This document shows positions 31,771 to 32,000 of a stretch of DNA of 32,000 bases, in pieces. Below the pieces are notes generated by a model, which made no database searches, was not told the origin of the DNA, and saw only the letters and a program-made list of their open reading frames with translations. The stretch lies in NCBI GenBank assembly GCA_030167145.1, contig CP126532.1, positions 2,160,001-2,192,000 of the forward strand, read 5' to 3'. Source of the DNA: Ktedonobacterales bacterium (GTDB taxonomy: Bacteria > Chloroflexota > Ktedonobacteria > Ktedonobacterales > JADMIN01). Position numbers and translations under genes: made by a program. Within the stretch, counting starts at the first letter, position 1. Each line of letters starts with the position of its first letter.

Positions 31771-31920
31771 GATTTGGCCGATTTTTGTCGCATTGGAGAT
31801 GCTCCTTGCGCGCGGGAATGGATGGTGCGCTCATCAGGGTAGTGTAGCATGCGGGTGGGGATGGGGGGTGCTGGCGAGGCAGGCAATCGCGGTCAGTTAC
31901 GGACAGGTGTTGTGCGAGCA

Positions 31921-32000
31921 TTACCCCTGGTTGTGGTCGCGCTGGACTTTGCCGTAGCTGCTCTTTTCGATGTTCCAGGTTTCGAGGAGGTTGCCGCGCA
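31921..32000 (-). CDS. 3' end of a minus-strand gene running out of the window (unknown product)
   Basis: The reverse frame ending in TAA (complement of 31921-31923) reads '...RGNLLETWNIEKSSYGKVQRDHNQG*' with GC-rich third positions. It is too short to identify. Confidence 0.4.
   Translation of the reverse strand, partial: RGNLLETWNIEKSSYGKVQRDHNQG

Larger units (their letters stand above)
31024..31920. repeat. Non-coding GT-skewed repeat mosaic: short-period (mostly 9-bp) microsatellites nested in two ~334-bp degenerate tandem units
   Basis: The units start at about 31246 and 31580, both with aaaggaaNct..cggNctgaaggccgcgggtaatc. A shared 23-mer attttcgccgttttcgccgcaa occurs at 31416 and 31709. 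There are many GCCGAT(T) words. A GCCATGAAT motif occurs 3 times between 31082 and 31160. Confidence 0.8.

Noticed and set aside
31024-31920. CRISPR array
   Set aside because: The repeats are 9 bp or irregular rather than 25-40 bp. There are no unique spacers of constant length and no cas genes nearby.
30938-31921. Three overlapping minus-strand ORFs (327, 285 and 235 codons) across the repeat mosaic as possible repeat proteins
   Set aside because: All three frames are open simultaneously, and the sequences are driven by the 9-bp DNA repeats ('QLWQLWQLWQL', 'LATLATLAT', 'IGHIGHIGH'). They have no RBS or start context and one overlaps the AI-2E gene start. This is most parsimoniously non-coding, though proteomics could revisit it.
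1-32000. tRNA, rRNA, tmRNA, integrase/transposase genes, toxin-antitoxin pairs, known defence-system genes
   Set aside because: I scanned by eye for T-loop (GGTTCGAATC-like) sequences, rRNA-like conserved blocks and hallmark protein motifs in the ORF track and found none. A proper tRNAscan/Infernal/HMM run would be needed to be certain.

Overview
This is a high-GC bacterial chromosomal window (roughly two-thirds G+C by eye). It has AGGAGG-type ribosome-binding sites, several near-consensus sigma70-type promoters, and a family of GC-rich hairpin repeats in the intergenic spacers. The gene content (S53 peptidase, PD40 propeller proteins, low-complexity insertions inside housekeeping enzymes) would fit a Chloroflexota/Ktedonobacteria-like organism, but that is inference only. 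I call 23 apparently intact CDSs, one decayed gene and one short 3' gene fragment at the right edge. I saw no tRNA, rRNA, CRISPR array, transposase or integrase. Left third (1.3-12.3 kb): a candidate extracytoplasmic polymer O-acylation/remodelling locus. It holds a C39-like cysteine peptidase, an MBOAT acyltransferase, two tandem TM-anchored DltD/DUF1574-like SGNH proteins, and two paralogous signal-peptide proteins of an unrecognised family. Each of those two paralogs sits behind a near-perfect promoter and a ~540-630 nt non-coding leader. Middle: a stand-alone family-B DNA polymerase (all exo and pol motifs present, one low-complexity insertion), a 2H phosphoesterase, an AspH-like cupin, a hemolysin-III/PAQR protein, and a PadR-MFS divergent pair with a perfect 16-bp palindromic operator. 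A lower-GC patch follows, carrying a P-type ATPase remnant with a large internal deletion and ppk2. Right third, mostly on the minus strand: dienelactone hydrolase, two tandem TM-anchored PD40 propeller paralogs, a divergent HisA-like protein, a prodomain-less S53 peptidase and an AI-2E transporter. The HisA-like protein has a ~60-aa Pro/Ala/Asp insertion and an Asn where the catalytic Asp of the (R/K)DGT motif aligns. The window ends with a ~0.9 kb GT-skewed mosaic of 9-bp microsatellites arranged as two ~334-bp degenerate tandem units. The best candidates for something undescribed are the MBOAT/2xSGNH/2x secreted-paralog locus with its long leaders, the HisA-like pseudoenzyme coupled to the S53 peptidase, and the 31.0-31.9 kb repeat mosaic. 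All function calls rest on motif recognition by eye; no database search was run.
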